Shown one piece after another: positions 16,203 to 16,507 of a stretch of 16,507 nucleotides of DNA. The notes beneath the pieces were generated by a model that was given only the letters and a program-made list of their open reading frames with translations, had not been told where the DNA came from and ran no database searches. Source of the DNA: a virus (taxonomy: Duplodnaviria > Heunggongvirae > Uroviricota > Caudoviricetes); the IMG/VR virus record IMGVR_UViG_2740892442_000006; one strand, 5' to 3'. The first letter of the stretch is position 1. Every line of letters starts with the position of its first letter. Made by a program: the position numbers and the translations under genes.

Positions 16203-16507
16203 ATGCATCGTATAGACACGAAAACCGCGCAGAAGGATAAGTTCGGCGCGGGTAAGAACGGTTTTACCCGTGGTAACCCCCAGACCGGCACGCCTGCCAC
16301 CGATCTGGATGATGACTACTTTGACATGTTGCAGGAAGAGCTTTGTGGCGTGGTGGAGGCATCCGGTGCCAGCCTGGAGAAGGGGCGGCATGACCAGCTG
16401 CTTACCGCGCTTCGTGCGCTGCTGTTAAGCCGCAAGAATCCGTTTGGCGATATCAAATCGGATGGCACCGTGAAAACGGCTCTCGAAAACCTTGGTTTGG
16501 GAGAAGG
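16203..16507 (+). CDS. Tail fiber protein, N-terminal part (continues beyond the window end)
   Basis: N-terminus [29 protein letters not shown] is a typical conserved start of enterobacterial prophage side tail fibers. The ORF is open to the last base. Confidence 0.7.
   Translation, partial: MHRIDTKTAQKDKFGAGKNGFTRGNPQTGTPATDLDDDYFDMLQEELCGVVEASGASLEKGRHDQLLTALRALLLSRKNPFGDIKSDGTVKTALENLGLGE

Larger units (their letters stand above)
6618..16507. mobile_element. Defective lambdoid prophage remnant (P22/SfV/e14-like) with Mu-type baseplate and tail fiber genes; continues beyond the window end
   Basis: int-xis-early operon, DUF968-like and Q, then truncated and frameshifted tail genes; no repressor, replication, lysis, terminase or head genes between them. 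Confidence 0.75.

Noticed and set aside
11377-16507. Functional tailocin or intact tail module
   Set aside because: The N-like gene is truncated, the P-like gene is frameshifted, and sheath, tube and tape-measure genes are absent upstream, so an assembling particle is unlikely from what is visible here.

Overview
This window appears to span two horizontally acquired elements sitting in tandem around a 49-nt 3' fragment of tRNA-Thr (anticodon CGU) at 6569-6617. Left of it (1 to about 6617) is a visibly AT-rich island: a plus-strand cluster of four uncharacterized genes (435-4033), a 7-TM membrane protein and a tyrosine integrase, both on the minus strand. I cannot place the four cargo genes in any known family by eye, and they are my best candidate for an undescribed system, plausibly phage defence; function is inference only. 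The cluster is bracketed by inverted copies of a ~35-bp palindromic repeat (184-218 and 4194-4228), with a third partial copy between the third and fourth genes and a (TTCTTGA)x4 tandem repeat upstream. Right of the tRNA fragment (about 6618-16507) is a GC-richer, decayed lambdoid prophage of the P22/SfV/e14 type: integrase, excisionase and three early genes on the minus strand, then a DUF968-like gene, an antiterminator Q homolog, and Mu-like baseplate genes with the start of a tail fiber. The prophage looks defective: Q abuts a 5'-truncated N-like gene, the P-like gene is frameshifted, and head, lysis, immunity and replication modules are absent from the window. All family assignments are from reading the translated ORFs and recalled motifs; no database search was run.
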